Below are positions 38,133 through 52,500 of a DNA stretch of 64,000 bases, in pieces. The notes beneath the pieces were generated by a model that was not told the origin of the DNA, did no database searches, and worked only from the letters and a program-made list of their open reading frames with translations. Origin of the DNA: Marsupella aquatica (Eukaryota; Plantae; Marchantiophyta); contig OZ316893.1 of the NCBI GenBank assembly GCA_973895155.1, positions 24,603,520 to 24,667,519 of the forward strand, in the 5' to 3' direction. The translations under genes and the position numbers were made by a program. Positions within the stretch are counted from its first letter, which is position 1, and each line of letters starts with the position of its first letter.

Positions 38133-41100
38133 TTATGGATCCTCTCTGAACTTGCTTGGCCATAATACCAAAGAACCTGCAGCATCTCCAAGTGTCTTTT
38201 GAGGAGGATCATCATTTGTGTTTGGAATGGGAAGGACAGCTTTAGGTTTCACTAGTAATGTGACTAACACTACTGAATAACCTGGGGGAATCCTCTTGCC
38301 ATGGAACGTTGTGGAACCAACCTGCACTCTGGAAAATCCTACTCGTGTTCCACTCTCATCAACAGCTAACAAGCCACTTTGTCCCTCAGCATTAGGTGCT
38401 TTCCCCACTTCCACCTTAGATCTTTCTGCCAGCACTGTTCTTGGAGGTTTGTATGAAACCTTTGACGTGGCTCTGCTCCCACTAGCAGACTTGCTTCGTG
38501 TGCGCATGCTTCCTCTCTTCACAGTAGTGAAGCTAGGCTCAGTAGGTTCCTCTGTTAGGACTGTCACAGTAGCAGGTTCATCACCTGGGAGTGTCATACC
38601 AACTAACTCTTTGGTTGGATTTATCTCAACAAGAGGCACACCTGTCATTGAGAATGATACATTCTGCAAATCATTTATCTCTGCAATGGAGTCAAGATCT
38701 ACATAGCATGAATCTGGCTCAATGGTATCATTGTCATGCTTGCTGATATCCTCATTTGCCCCAACATTGATATCATCCACTCCCTTGCCAATGTCATCCT
38801 CATCCAAACATGGTTGACTGCCCTCTGTCAAACAAGTTGCTTGTACAGACTGCAACTTTGTTGCCTCTAAATTACAGCGAGTATTTGCCAGGTTCTCATA
38901 CTTCTTCTCTGTAGCACCTGTCTTATTCTCTATGGACACAACAACCACAATATATGTTACTGAAAATAACACATTCAACAAACAATGTCAATTCAAACTA
39001 TACATTTAATAATCATATCCCACACAGTTGTAAAGGCCTTACCTTCAAGCCTACATGTCGTTGGCATGCCAGAAGAGTGCATCGACTTTGCCACCTCAAG
39101 TGGTGATGGTGGAACTCCTGCAGAATTGGAATCAATTTTATCTCTCACCGACACAACAGCTTCCATTAATGTCTTGAAGTTCACATGGAACAAGTCAGTC
39201 AATGAATTCAAACGTTCATTGATCTCTGGAAGACATGTTTCGACAGCCTTCAAACGACCACTTATCTCTGTAAGTGAAGATCCACCTCCCTACATGACAC
39301 AGGGGTATAGGTTCAATCACTCCATATGAAATGTTGGGCAATATATGCACAATCAATGTTATATACAGTGTACACCTGAAATTCAACGCAGGTCATTCAA
39401 TTACCAATCAGAACTCATATAACTTACATGCTTGGAGGATTCAGATGCACCCTCTTGAGCCCGGGTGTTCACAATTTCAGCCCTCAACTCTTCTTTTGAA
39501 GGGCTTTGCCCCAATTGGGCTTTCTGCACATGCATGGCAAACACAAGTTATCGATCAATATTCAGGGAACGTACACTAAAAAACAAAGTTTACATGTATG
39601 GGTTTACACTAAAAAATAGTACATAGTGTAGCATAAATTACATAGCTAGGCCATTCATTCTTACCAAACGTTTAGCTGTCGGTGCAGTGCCGGTCCTTCC
39701 TGTCAGATTAGGGTTCTGAACACTCAACCTGGCCTCGGTCATCTGTGAACTCTTCTTTTTTGAAGCATCTGTTACAAAATAAGCTACTAACCTTGCCCAC
39801 ACTTTATCATCACAACTGGCTGGTGGAGGCATATCTGGCTTCTCCCCACCTTCCTTCCAAGCCTTATGCATTCTCCACCTCTCTTGCTTGATAATTTTAC
39901 CTGTTGTACTCTCTAGGCAACCTATGTCCACGCCATCATCACTGCCCACATAATTCCATTTGGCAGCAACATTTTCACATACAGTCTTCCAATCTTTTGG
40001 ATGCTGTTTTTTAAAATTAATAACACTCACATCTAACCAACGCAATACTTCAGCTTTCAAATCAGCATGCCATCGGTTCTTGCAAGGACACTCAGCATCC
40101 ACCCATTGTCTCTCATTCAACTTTACGTTCCCTTTCTTTGTCACCTCCCCTCGTGCACTGCTCTCGGTAGTACTGGGCGTTGTATTGGCCACCCCTTCAT
40201 TCACCCTACCTGGGGTTCTGAAGCCACCTGGGAAAATACAATGCCATTCATGCTTGAGAACTACATATAGCAGAATGGATGACGGCAACATTCAATGCTT
40301 CACTTCAAGAAAAATTCTCCAAACATACATACCTATAGCTCTGCCTGTAGATGCCTGTGCAGGGACTGCACTCTGAAATTGTTGCGACCCTGGACCACCT
40401 GTCCAGCCTAGTACAGGGGCCGGATGATGTCACTTTCTAGGTATGTGTGTGCAAACATATGTACTGAAAAATAAGTACAAACTGTAGGAAAACAACTGAA
40501 CATTCACCGACATACCTGTCCCCCTTCCGTGCTGCATCTGCATAGGGGCATTAGTGAATACTTGAGTCGATGGTTCGACTGTCCAACCTGCACACATACA
40601 TTTTCTATCATTATACATGTGCAGAGTCCCCCCCATGTGAATGGACTCCACATATAATGAGTTCTTCCATTGCTGACAAGATCAGACATTACCTGCTCCT
40701 CTTCCAGAGTTTGTAGGTACTGAATTTTGATATCCCTGCCAATTACCTTCACCACCTTCCCAACCTTGTTCATTCCACGACCCACCACCATCCTCCCAAC
40801 CTGGTTCAACCCATGTCTGTCCTTGTGGACATTGGAACTGATCATTACTAGCATTTGCCCAATCAGGTTGGGCAGAATCTGCATGCAATGGCAGGTGGAC
40901 AGAATTTCATGTTGTCTGAATCCAATACATCCCAAACAATGTCAAAAATTGATATGCAGTCTGAAATTCAGGAGTGCCATGCCTTCACAAAGAACTGGCA
41001 TATAGATATATACTCACATCCCCATGGTTGAGGTGGACGTCCATACCCACGAGATTGTGGGTTTGGACCTGCTCTGCCTCTACCACGGGCATAACCTAGA

Positions 41101-41860
41101 GCTTGCCCCCTGCCATAGTATTGGGCACCAGCTTGGGATCTACCACTACTACCACCTCGCCAACCTTGATCAGATGTCAGCCCCCCTGCTGGTATGGTGC
41201 ATGCATAGGCTTCGAAGGCAAAACAGAACTGGCAGGACGCTGCATCACATCACCAACTACAATGTCAGGAACTAAGCAAGGTACATATGTGTAGTACTGA
41301 ACATATGAAACCTCTAAACAAGAGTTTTTAACTCAAAACCTTGTTGGGAAAACTACTTACATATTTCTTTTGGGGCTGCTCTGCAATGTATTCATCTTCA
41401 TAACCCCCATCCTCATCCATTTCCTCTGGAAAATACTCATCATCTGCATCTTCTTGTCTAGTGTCTGCACCCACCTATGCAGCATCAATGTCATCTCCAC
41501 ATTCTGCCATTGTAGGTACGACCTTCTTGCTCAACCTGTCACTCCGACGCACAGGCCCAGAGATAGTGCTGGTCACCCTTCTTGCGTACTCCTTTTGTTT
41601 CTTTGAAAATGCTGTGGCTCTGCGACATTCCAATATGAGAATACAGTCACAATTTCAGTGCCACATTGAACTATTCATGTCACACAAACTCAGCGGAGGG
41701 GTGTAGTTGAGAATCGTTCCCTTACAATTCAGCCACATCCTTTTCCAGATCCAGTTCTGCGATTTTGGCTTTCACGTATGCTCGTTGTTCCATAACTTTC
41801 CTTTCATACTCACACATCTCTGTGTCACTCTGTTCCATCCTACTGGACCACAAAAACATG
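38133..41860 (-). CDS. tnpA: CACTA TnpA-like accessory protein (multi-exon; exon structure approximate)
   Basis: Exon 39638-40291 has a Ptta/Transposase_24-like PPASCDDKVWARLVAYF..SSQMTEAR..GRTG. Exon 38133-38981 ends in a Tnp1-like FHGKRIPPGYSVV..LPIP..TLGDAAGSLVLWP. Small exons with GT-AG junctions lie between. Confidence 0.75.
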
Positions 41861-41994
41861 TCATCTATGGTCACCCCGTATAACACAATGCAACCACAAT
41901 CACCAGGCATCCATCCATACATCTGTGTTGCTTCAGAATTACTTTATTACACATCCTTCCCCTCACTAATGTCCATGCAAACAATTCACATTAC

Positions 41995-44900
41995 TCATGG
42001 CACAGGCACACTGTTGGCATCTGCATCTCTGAATTCGCCTCCTTCAGCAAATGCATCTACCCTTGTCACAGGAATGAAGTCCCCGCTATCATGAACTACA
42101 GGCACTTGGTCTGAACGCCGACGATCAAAGGCACTATGAGAGTGTAAATGAAACTCAAGGTTTGATCCTTCCATCCGACGTTGCCTGGCCTGTTTATGAC
42201 ACACTACACGCCAACCTGGGGAGTCTTCCACATCCAGGAAGAAAGCTTGCTCCACCTGACTAGGAAACACAAATGGCTCAGACCATTCGGGCAATTTCCC
42301 TCTGAAATTGGCCAGCAAGAAACCATCGTTGTCTCTCTTCATGGTAGCCCTGTTACCAAGCCAATCCTGCCGCACCCATGAACCTTTCATAAGAATCACA
42401 GGACTGGACACCGCCCCATAGTCCAGAGCCCATATGTCAACTAATTCTCCCATATATCCCATCTCCATCCAGGCCCTGTCGTGATTGTGGCTCTGTTGCT
42501 CAAATACAGTGATGAGCCCGCAGTCATTCGTCACCCTGTAGGCACTGTCACCATCCTTCACTCAGAAGTGATTCCCATATGCTCTCATCCGTTTGTAAGT
42601 CTTCACTTTCAGGCTAGGGGCATTAGACAGTAGGTAAACATCTGCATCCATGTCTGGGTGGGTCTCGTGATGCTCTCTAATTGCCACTCTGATCCACTCC
42701 ATGAAACCTGGAAAAGTTGTTCCTGCAGTGGGATGGGCCGCCTTCAATGACTCATACCCCCTGAACGAACAACCACACAGCATTAGCTTGGGTAAACATG
42801 AACAGGCTGAAGGAGAAAACCACACGAACACAACATTTAAGCTCATGAACTGGATTATAGCACATGTATGCACTCACTGTATCCTCCATCACCACAGTGT
42901 TGTGCAATACAAAGTCATGTGCCAAGTCTCTCATAGATATGGTCAGGTTCTTTGTGGTTGCAGCCCCTTCCAGTACTTCACCTATCACCCCTTCCTCCTC
43001 ATCAGAATTCCACACCCTGGTCTTCACATGCTCATATTGTGCTATGTATTCGGTCAGAAATCCCAGAGTCTCATCCTTGATGTAACCTTTAGCCATGCTT
43101 GCTTCAGGTTTGTAATATGTTCTCACGTGACCTTTGAGTAGCTTCATGTACCGTTCCAAAGGGTACAACCAACGAGCACTCACAGGCCCAAATTGGTGTA
43201 CCTCTTCCACAACATGGACAAGTAGGTGGGTCATGACATCAAAAAATGCGGGAGGAAAATAAATCTCCAGGTCACACAGCACCTGAGCGACATCTTCTGT
43301 CAGTTGTGGGAAGTGTGTTTCATCCCAAACCTTCACACAAATACGACGAAACACATCACTGAGTCGCATGATCACAGTACGAACAGGCTTCTACAACAGG
43401 CCCCTCAGGCATAAAGGCAACACCTGTTGCATCAACATATGGCAGTCATGGCTTTTCATACTACCAAGCTTTCTAGTCATGATATGCTTCTTGAAAGCAC
43501 TGCCATAGTTTGAAGAAACCTTCAAAGAACTCAACCTCTGCACAAATAGTTCCCACTCTGTGTCTGTCAGAACATAGGGCGCTTGGTACTTCAAGAGCAC
43601 ATCAGCTCTGTGGGCATGTGGCCTCAACCAAAGATGGGGTTTCATTCCCCTCTGTTCAAGATCCAATCTCACTGAACCAGTGTCTTTCTCTCCACACAAG
43701 AATCTGAGTAGACTCTCACAAATATTCTTTTCAATGTGCATAACATCAATGTTATGTTTGCTTGGCTCAAACTCCTGCATCGTTGCAATGCAAAAGCGTC
43801 AGGAAATGCCTCAAGTTTAGTCTCTCTCTTCGAAATGAATGCACATGCTCTGAACCAAAACATGTATCCCAATTAGCATCAACTCCAAGAGGCTTACCCT
43901 CCAGTACTTGAGCTCCAAGTCCAATATGCTCAGTCTTTTTACACCATATCGCTTTATTGGATCACTCACTCCATCTTCCCTGCCCCCTCGTTTGATATAG
44001 TCATCCCTCAGTGCTCCCCACTGCCTGATCTCCTCTTTGGTCACTCGTGCCGGGGGTCCACGTTGCTCAATCTCATTGCCAAAGTGTGCAATCAGTGCCT
44101 GTCTTTCTCTGTAAGGGTGATCTGCCTTCAGAAAACGACGATGGCCCATGTATATCACTTTCTGCAGGGCTCTGGAGTACTCACTGGTGACATTGCGCCC
44201 ACAGATAGTACAAGCACAATATCCTTTTGTTGTTTGGCCTGATATCATCCCATGGGCTGGGTAGTCAGCTATAGTCAGAATGACAATGGCTCTAAGGATG
44301 AATGGGTTTAACCTCCCAAGCCTCTGTAGGACATCATATGTGAGAACTCCTTCCTCCCAAAGCTTTCTCAATTCCTCCACTAGGGGAGCCAGAAACACAT
44401 CTATGTTGGCAGATATAGCACTGTCTGGCCCTGGTATCAGTAGGACCATCAGAACAAAAAATCGCTTTGTAGTCATCCAAGGAGGAAGGTTATAATTCAA
44501 AATAGTTACAGGCCAGCACGAAAATTTGTTGTTCTTGTCTCCAAATGGGTTTACCCCATCCAATGACAGCCCAAGTCTGACATTCCTCGGCTCAGCAGCA
44601 AATTCGGGATACATCTCATCTATGAGTTTCCATTGCCTTGAATCTGCAGCATGTCGTTGTAGCCCATCATCACTTTTCTTGTCAGTTGCCCAAGTCATCA
44701 TCTCCGAGATGGCACGGCTTCTGAACATCCGCTGAAGTCTGGGAATGAGTGGAAAATGATGAAGTACCTTGGCGGGAACCATAGACTTTCCTGAGTTCCG
44801 ATACCTGTGCTTCTCACACTTAGGGCATGTCAACGATTCTTTATACTCCTTTCTGAAAAGAACATGCCCATCAGGACAGGCATGGATCGAATCATAGTTC

Positions 44901-45721
44901 AATCCAAGATTAGATATGCATCTTTTTGCCTCGTACATGTTCTTGGGCAAAATATTACCATTTGGTAGCACAGTTGTTCGCAAGAATGCCAACAACTCAG
45001 AAACCAAAACGTTGGGGACATTGTGGTTGCCGCAAATGTTCAGGAACATGATGACAAATCCCAGTTTAGAACATTTGCTACCGGGGTACAAAGACTTCCT
45101 GCCTTCCTGTATTTGCAGGGGAGAGCCAAACATCCCATCATGCCCAGGGGTTTCCTGCCCTATCTCAAACTCATCAAGAGGCTCTTCGACAGGGGGCACA
45201 CTTGCATCTGCAGCCGTATCCTCTTCATTGTCCAGCCCATCATGAAATGCATCCAAGTCTTGGAAGATGTCTCTCACCATCTCTTCCACATGAATTCCTT
45301 CGTCACGTGATGCTGCCTGAGCACCATCCCGTTGGAGAGCTGACAACCCACAGAGACCAGCTACAACATTTTCAAATGCACCAGGCAGAACCTCACTTGC
45401 CCGTCTTGCAGCATTGGCAGCATCAAATTCTAACCTCCACTCCTCGTCGGAAGAATCTTCCTCTGCAAGATCATTCCAAACTCGATGTCGTGGATCTCTT
45501 CCATGAACCGCGATATGCCGCCAAACCTCATTCAGACCCCTGGTACGGGATCCTTGGCAGATTGCACAAGGACATCTCATCCTACTGGCTCCTGAAAGTC
45601 TGGTTCGTAACCTTTCACGCTGCCAAAGCTTATTATCATGGCATGATATCCTTGTGGGATGATGCAAAGGCAGTGCCTGTGCCCTGGGCTGGGTCTGGGG
45701 AGGGTGGTGACCAGGGTGCAT
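41995..45721 (-). pseudogene. tnpD: CACTA TnpD (Tnp2) transposase with two premature stops
   Basis: CPCAIC, IHACPDGHVLF, RNVRLGLSLDGVNPF, YNLPPW, DVMHIEKN, MKSHDCH, FFDVMTHL, WLYPLERYM, EPFVFPSQVEQAFF. Intron donor at 43897; in-frame TAG at 43391-43393 and TGA at 42562-42564. Confidence 0.95.
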
Positions 45722-46328
45722 TGTAACAGGCTGGGAGCTCTGCAGTCATGGACAGCAGTGAACAAGGATGCCTAATGGTGGTATTTGTGTTCCATATATC
45801 CCTGACTGTATCTGCCAAAAGAGTTAACATAACGTGTACTAAATTCTCACAAACCCTAAACCACCCCAAAAGAAAAAAACAGGTTCGCAAGTAGTGTACC
45901 TATTGTCAAGTGAATGACACAAAATTCCTAAATGTTGGAGGGTGTCACCACCTCCTCCGCTGTCCTCAAATGTACCGCCTCTGCATGTACGTTTACAGTG
46001 ACACCCCCAGGCAGCAGGAAACAACAATCCGCCAACAGTAAAATAAGCCCAACTGCCACCAACCATAACAAGGTACATTAGTTCAAAGATCACATTTATT
46101 TCAATGATCTGATTTATACAAAAAAACTTGTGTCCAAACTGATGCTACTACTCCTCACTCTGATTCAGAATCGCTAATGACCCATTCCTCACTTGTTGTC
46201 TCATAGTCCTCTCTGTAAGGATCCTGACCCTTCCGTGGCCAGGCCTCAAAAAGATCATAGTCCATTGGGTTTTGACGCTTCCCAGCTGCTACTGATTCCA
46301 CAAGCCAAGCATATGAAACCACAAACAC

Positions 46329-49300
46329 TGTCAAACACTTGCCAAGGAGCTTAAGCGGCTTTTCTCCCCAAAAGACTACCTAATACCTGCTCCATGTCAT
46401 ACCAGGGTCACAAAGGATTGACAAAACTTCTGAAGTGTGCTTACAATGTCCAATCACTCCATACATAAGTAGTTTCAACTCTCCACTTCTAGAGAGGTAG
46501 TCCCCTTGACTACTTTTGTACTCACCCCTTCCCCTCTCCTCTACTCCAAGGATCAGCAAGGGGGATCTCCGCTCCAAGCTGTCACCTTAGAGTAGATTCT
46601 CACACAAACACCCAAGAACCCAAAGTACTTTCCTCTTCAAGCTTAAGTCTCCTCAAGACCCTCAAAGTAGTGTTACCCCTCAACCTTGCCCCCCTGGCCT
46701 TGGTTTGGGTCCACACATCCCCTTTGAGCCCTAGAGAAGGCTCCTCTATCTAAGGACTCTTCCTCTTGTTCTTACTTCTTGTTAACACCACACACCAAGC
46801 AAAGTACTTTCCACCCTCAAGCTATAATCCTCTCTAAGTCTCAAAGTAATGCTATACCTTAACCTTGCCTCCTTGGCCTTGGTTTTGTACTAGCACATCC
46901 CCTTCAAGCTTAGACCAAGATTATACCATAGCATGGACTCTTCTCTTGCTCTCATATACTTCAAATGCACTCACACTTAATGGTCACAATGAAGATTGGT
47001 AAGTCTCCTTTTATTGCATCACCTTTACAACAAAAGTTCACTACACATTCTCCACACTAAGCATGGACCACCTCTCCTTTCTCAAGCTTAGCCCTACCTT
47101 GGCAAGGTAGAGATTTCACTTAAGAGATGAGACTCCCGGTCCCTAACAAATGAAAACTTCCTCCTTATATACTATCTCCTTCCACATCACACCAAGCTTG
47201 ACCTGGGGTCCAACTATACCTCCCCCAAGTCCTCCTAACACACAAAGTCCAACTCTATAGTTCATAGCCCACCCTACTACTTGCTATTTTGCCTCCTTCC
47301 AAGCCCTGGAATATGCCACACATGAGTGGTATGCTTTGACTTCCAAACCTACTCCCACTTATGGTCCTCCTCACCAGCTTACCAACCCACTTGAAAGCTC
47401 GCAAAAAGAGTGAGTGAGTCTCAAGTTGTGCCTAGTCAAAGTTGGCCTTATTTTACTTGTAACCCCTTTACTACCCTAAGTAAACTACCCCCTATATTTA
47501 CTTTTCTTAACTTGATGGCCTTACACCTTTGGCCAAAGGTAAGTACCCTTCTCTAGAGCCTAACTCAAGTGGTATGGGTGCAAGAAAGGTCAGCCCCTAA
47601 ATCTGGTATTCATTCCCCTATGCCGACTTTGGTTTGCAAGTTGTCGGGACTCCCTCGTGGCCTCGGTTAAAAATATATTTGAGTGATTACTTTTCTGGGG
47701 TTCCACCTTCACCAGGGGGTGCCTTATCTTCCCCTAACTCAGCACAAAAAAATTTGGGCCCCAACGGATACCTCTAGCCAAAGTTATGCCCATTCTCCCA
47801 AGGCCTGTTTTTGGTGTAAAGCGGGTGTAAGCGGCGGCCCGATTACACTTACCTTATATGCCCCTTATGGGGATTCCACGTGTCATGAGGGGAGAGCACT
47901 CTCATTATACTCATGTTTCTTATGAAGAAATTGTAAGGACAGCAATGTTTGCAGCCATTTCTCTCTCGTGAATTCAATCTAAAACCACAGCATTCTCTAT
48001 TGGATTCTTTCTTGTGCAGCAGTCCAGCTGATCAGCCGCCAGCCCCTCAATTTCACAGCCACCATAGCTCACAGCCAGCCTAGTCAATTTCGCAGCTAGC
48101 CCACCTCTTCAATTTTGCCGCTAGCAACACAGTCAATTTCGCAGCTAGCAGCACAGTCAATTTCGCAGCTAGCAGCACAGTCACATCAGCGCATTTACAG
48201 CACAACAACAGCAGATTTGAAGCACAGCAGCAGCAACCATAGCTTGATTCCTTCTCAGTCAAGCAGGTCTCTCTTCTCAATTTCGTAGCTGCCCACCTTT
48301 GCAATTTCGCAGCTAGCAGCAGCATCATTCAATTCAGCAGCATCAAGGCAGCAGCCAGCCAATTCTCATGAGCATCTCGTGCCTGATTAGTAGGAGCACC
48401 TCTAATCTAGTGTGCAGCTGTCATAGCAGCAAGCAGCCTTCCCAATTCAAAGCCAGCAGCGATCCTAATTTGCAGCCATAGCTCTTTTCCTTCTCAGCAG
48501 CCATAGCTTCTTCAATCAGCAACAGCCCTTGCTTCTTCAATCAGCAGCAGCCATTTCAATTCAGCCGCCCTTCCTTCAATTCAGCCGCCCTTGTGCTCAA
48601 TTGATTCCTCAAGTAATCATGCAGCACCTTTGGACAGCCTCCCGGTGCTTGACGTCCTCACCAGCCTCGTGCTTGCTCCTCCTTGCCTCGTGCTCGCTCC
48701 TCCTTGCCTCGTGCTCGCCGCGTGATCGTCGCCCACGCGGTTTACACTTAGAAAAAAATACATTTTTTTTTTGGAAAAACAGCATTTTGGGGCGATTTTG
48801 GACCCCCCTCCAAAACTCACACATAAGTCCAAAAGGACTTCTGAGTAGCTCCACTGATTCTATGGACATAGGACTATGTCCGGGTTTACTAAGATATAAA
48901 CAAAACCCTATAACAACTTTTCTAAAATTAGGCAAAGAGGGTCAAGTCTTTATGTCTTCCAAAATTCTTCTCAACTTTGAGATGCTCCCAAAAAGTAACC
49001 AAGTGTGACAAAGTTGTCCCACAAGTTTCTAGGGATAGAGGGGACCATACTTAACCCACTTCCAAACTTGGAACCCCTACATTTACCCATCAGCTATTTT
49101 TCCCGGGACCCGCTATTTGGTAACTTTGATTTTTGCCAAAATACTTATAACTCCTAGGTTAAGACCCCACTTGACTTCATACTTTTTCAGGGTTCCCTAG
49201 GGACCTCCCAGCACCCATGGGAGAAATATCAGCCAAAAATAAGATGTCCGGTGTCGGGTCATTTTTCGGTCCCGACTTAGTCGCCTATTATAACTAAGGA

Positions 49301-49516
49301 CGGACTAGTTTCCTGCCCCTCCTATAGTAACTTGCTTACCCCTAGATAACTTTGCATAACTAAATTCCCTCTTACCTCTACTAAGCTTCCCTTCTTACTT
49401 AAGTGCCCTAAACCTAGCTACTCTGATAGCACTAAAACTTTTTCCCTAACTATTTCCTCTTCTAAACGAAAGAATGTCATGTTTCTCTACACTAGCTGAC
49501 ACTGAGCCATCCCACA
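46329..49516 (-). repeat. 3' LTR (3188 bp)
   Basis: Direct repeat of 55680-58867 at a constant 9351-bp offset. Contains an internal ~180-bp diverged duplication (~46620-46950) and CAATTTCGCAGCTAGC repeats (~48050-48320). Confidence 0.97.
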
Positions 49517-49556
49517 TAGCCCCCTACTTAAGTGTGCAGCGTCCCCGCAAACACAC

Positions 49557-52500
49557 TTATTCCTGATTAAAGTACCTTTTCAACCTATCATGATGCACTC
49601 TAGTAGGGAACACCTCTCCTTCAAGAGTAGCAAGCTGAATTGACCCATTAGCATAAACCTGGTGAACAACATAAGGACCCAACCACCGAGTATGCAACTT
49701 GCCTGGAAAATGAGCATACCTACTGTCATAGAGTAATACCAGTTGTCCAACAAGTAAAGAAGTTGGCTTCTTCAACTTCTTGTCATGATGTTGCTTCACT
49801 TGAGCTTGCTTCTTCTTCACTTGCTTGCTTGCCTCTTCCCGGATTTCCTCCAACTCCTCCAGCTGGTAAGCTCTCTCCATTAAACTCTGGTCAGCCTCCA
49901 TTCTCTCCTCCACACTTACCCTCAAAGTAGGCACTTCAAACTCAACAGGTACAAGGGAGTGTTGTCCAAATACTAGGTAGAAAGGACTATGGCCGGTTGT
50001 GGTCTTGAAAGCAAGGTTGTAGGAGTACACAGCTGAGTATAATTTGTCATCCCAATCAGTCTTGTGTGCCGCCACGGTTTTGTTCAAGATCTTGCCAATG
50101 ATGCCATTAGCTCTCTCCGTTAATCCATTGGCCTTGGGGTGATAGGGGGTGGTCTTCCTATGCTTAATCAAGTAATGGTTAGTGAGCTCCTCCACAACTT
50201 CATTCAAGAAGTGAGTCCCCCTATCACTAACCAGCTCTAGAGGTGGCCCAAATCTGGTAAAAATCTGTTGATACATGAACCTTGCTACTGTGAGAGCATT
50301 ATCCTTGCTGGTTGGTCTTGCCTCTACCCACTTAGTAGCATAATCAGTTGCAAGAAGGATGTATCGATTCCTTCTAGACCTGGTCACAGGAGTGATGGGA
50401 CCTATGAAATCTATACCCCACTTCTCAAAAGGTGCAAGAGGTAAGATGGTGGTAAGAGGGTGATGCCTTGAGTGAGCTGGCTTACCTGTCCTTTGGCAAG
50501 GGTCACATCCCCTCACAAAAAGACTTACATCCTTATGAAGTGTTGGCCACCAATACCCTGCATCAAGAATTTTCCTTGCTGTTGTTGCACTTGCATAATG
50601 GCCACCAGCCTCCTCCTCATGCATAGCTCTCATCACAATGGAGATTTCCTTCTTCTCCAAACACCTCCTTAGTCTCCCATCAACTCCTTCCTTGTGAAGG
50701 ACACCCTTCACCAATAAGTAAGGTCTGATTTTTCTCAGGAAAACAGCAGCCTCCTCTTGGTTCAAATCTCTTGGTAGCCGGGTTGTGAGAAGAAATTGGA
50801 TGATATCCAAATACCATGTATCTCCTCCACTTCCCACATGAAAGAGGTCTTCATCTGGAAACTGATCATCCACCTCCTTCAAGTCCTCTTCTCCTTCAAT
50901 CCTTGAGAAGAAGTCTGCATTCCCATGCTTCTTACCAGGCCTGACCCTCACCTCATAATCAAACTCTTGGAGCAACAAGATCCACCTTGCCACTCTACCA
51001 GTTACATCAGGTTTATTCACCATATACTTGAGAGCATTGTGATCAGTATGAAAGACCACCTTATAGCCCAACAAGTAGTGCCTAAACTTCTTACAAGAGT
51101 AGATGATTCCTAGAGCTTCTCTATCGGTTGGTGAGTAATTCTTTTCAGCTGGTGCCAATAGTCTACTTGCAAAGTAGATAGGGTGATCCCTATTCTGGTC
51201 ATCAAGTTGACTAAGCACCACACCAATACAAAAGCCAGACACATCCACATACACATGAAATTCTCTACTCCAATCTGGTGCTATCAAGATAGGGGCTTCA
51301 ACCAACCTGTTCTTCAACTCCTGAAAACTTGCTAGCCTCTCAACTGAGGGTTCAACCTCAGCCCCCTTCTTAAGCATGCTGGTTAGGGGTAAAGCTACTT
51401 TAGCAAAGTCCTTAATGAACCTTCTATAGTAGTTTAAACATCCCAAGAATCCCCTCAACTCTGTCACTGAAGTTGGAAACTTGACAGCCATCCAAACAGC
51501 AACCTTCTCTTGGTCCACTTCTATGCCCTTCTTGGATACCTTGTGGCCAAGTAGTATCCCTTCTTCCACACCAAAGAAGCACTTCCCTGGGTGAAGCTTC
51601 AAACCAACTTCCCTACATCTTTGGAAGGTCATCCTCAAATGTTCAACATGGTCCTTCCCCCTTCCAAAAACAGCAAAGTCATCTATGAATACTTCCAAGA
51701 ACTTTCTCAAGTAGTCATGAAAGATATTCATCATCAACCTTTGGAACATACCAGGGGCATTACAAAGACCAAAAGGCATCCTCCGAAAGGCATAAATCCC
51801 CCACTCAGTAGTAAAGGCTGTCTTCAACTGGTCCTCCTTCCTTATCCAAATCTGGTTGTAACCTGAGTACCCATCTAGGAAGCTATACACTTCCCAACCA
51901 GCTACTAAATCAAGTACCATATCAGTAAATGGAATGGGATAGTGGTCCTTCTTAGTGGCCTCATTGAGTTTCCTAAAGTCTTGGCAAACTCGGATCTTAG
52001 GCTTACCATCCAAGCCTGGTTTCTTTGGTACTATGACAATTGGAGAAACCCACTCACTATTCAACACAGGATAGATGAAACCTGCTTCCAGCAATTTGTC
52101 TATCTCTTCCTTCACCATCAAGGAGTACTTGGGATTCATCCGATATTGCCTTTGTCTCACAGGTGAAGCTCCTAGCATCAAGTCGATTCTATGCTCACCA
52201 AGTTCAGGGTTTACACCAGTAAGATCCAAGTGACTCCAAGCAAACACATCCACATATTCACCTAGCAAATCTTGGATAGTTTTCTCTTCACCTGATCCCA
52301 GGGCATTTCCCAAGTTGAAGGTCTTGTCTTGCTGGACAGAGATGGTTCTGTACTGCTCAGCTCGAATCACCTCCATCTTGTTCCTCATTGTGGAGTCAAA
52401 AGTGCCCTCAAGTTGTGCCAACCTCATGCCTCCATAGACGGGTGCATTTTCAGCACTTAACTCCTCCTTCTCCTTGCTTGAATGCTGGTCTTCCTGAGTC

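Noticed and set aside
46380-49008. ORFs inside the LTR (and their twins at 55731-58359)
   Set aside because: They arise from low-complexity LTR repeats, have no recognisable domain and are duplicated only because the LTR is.
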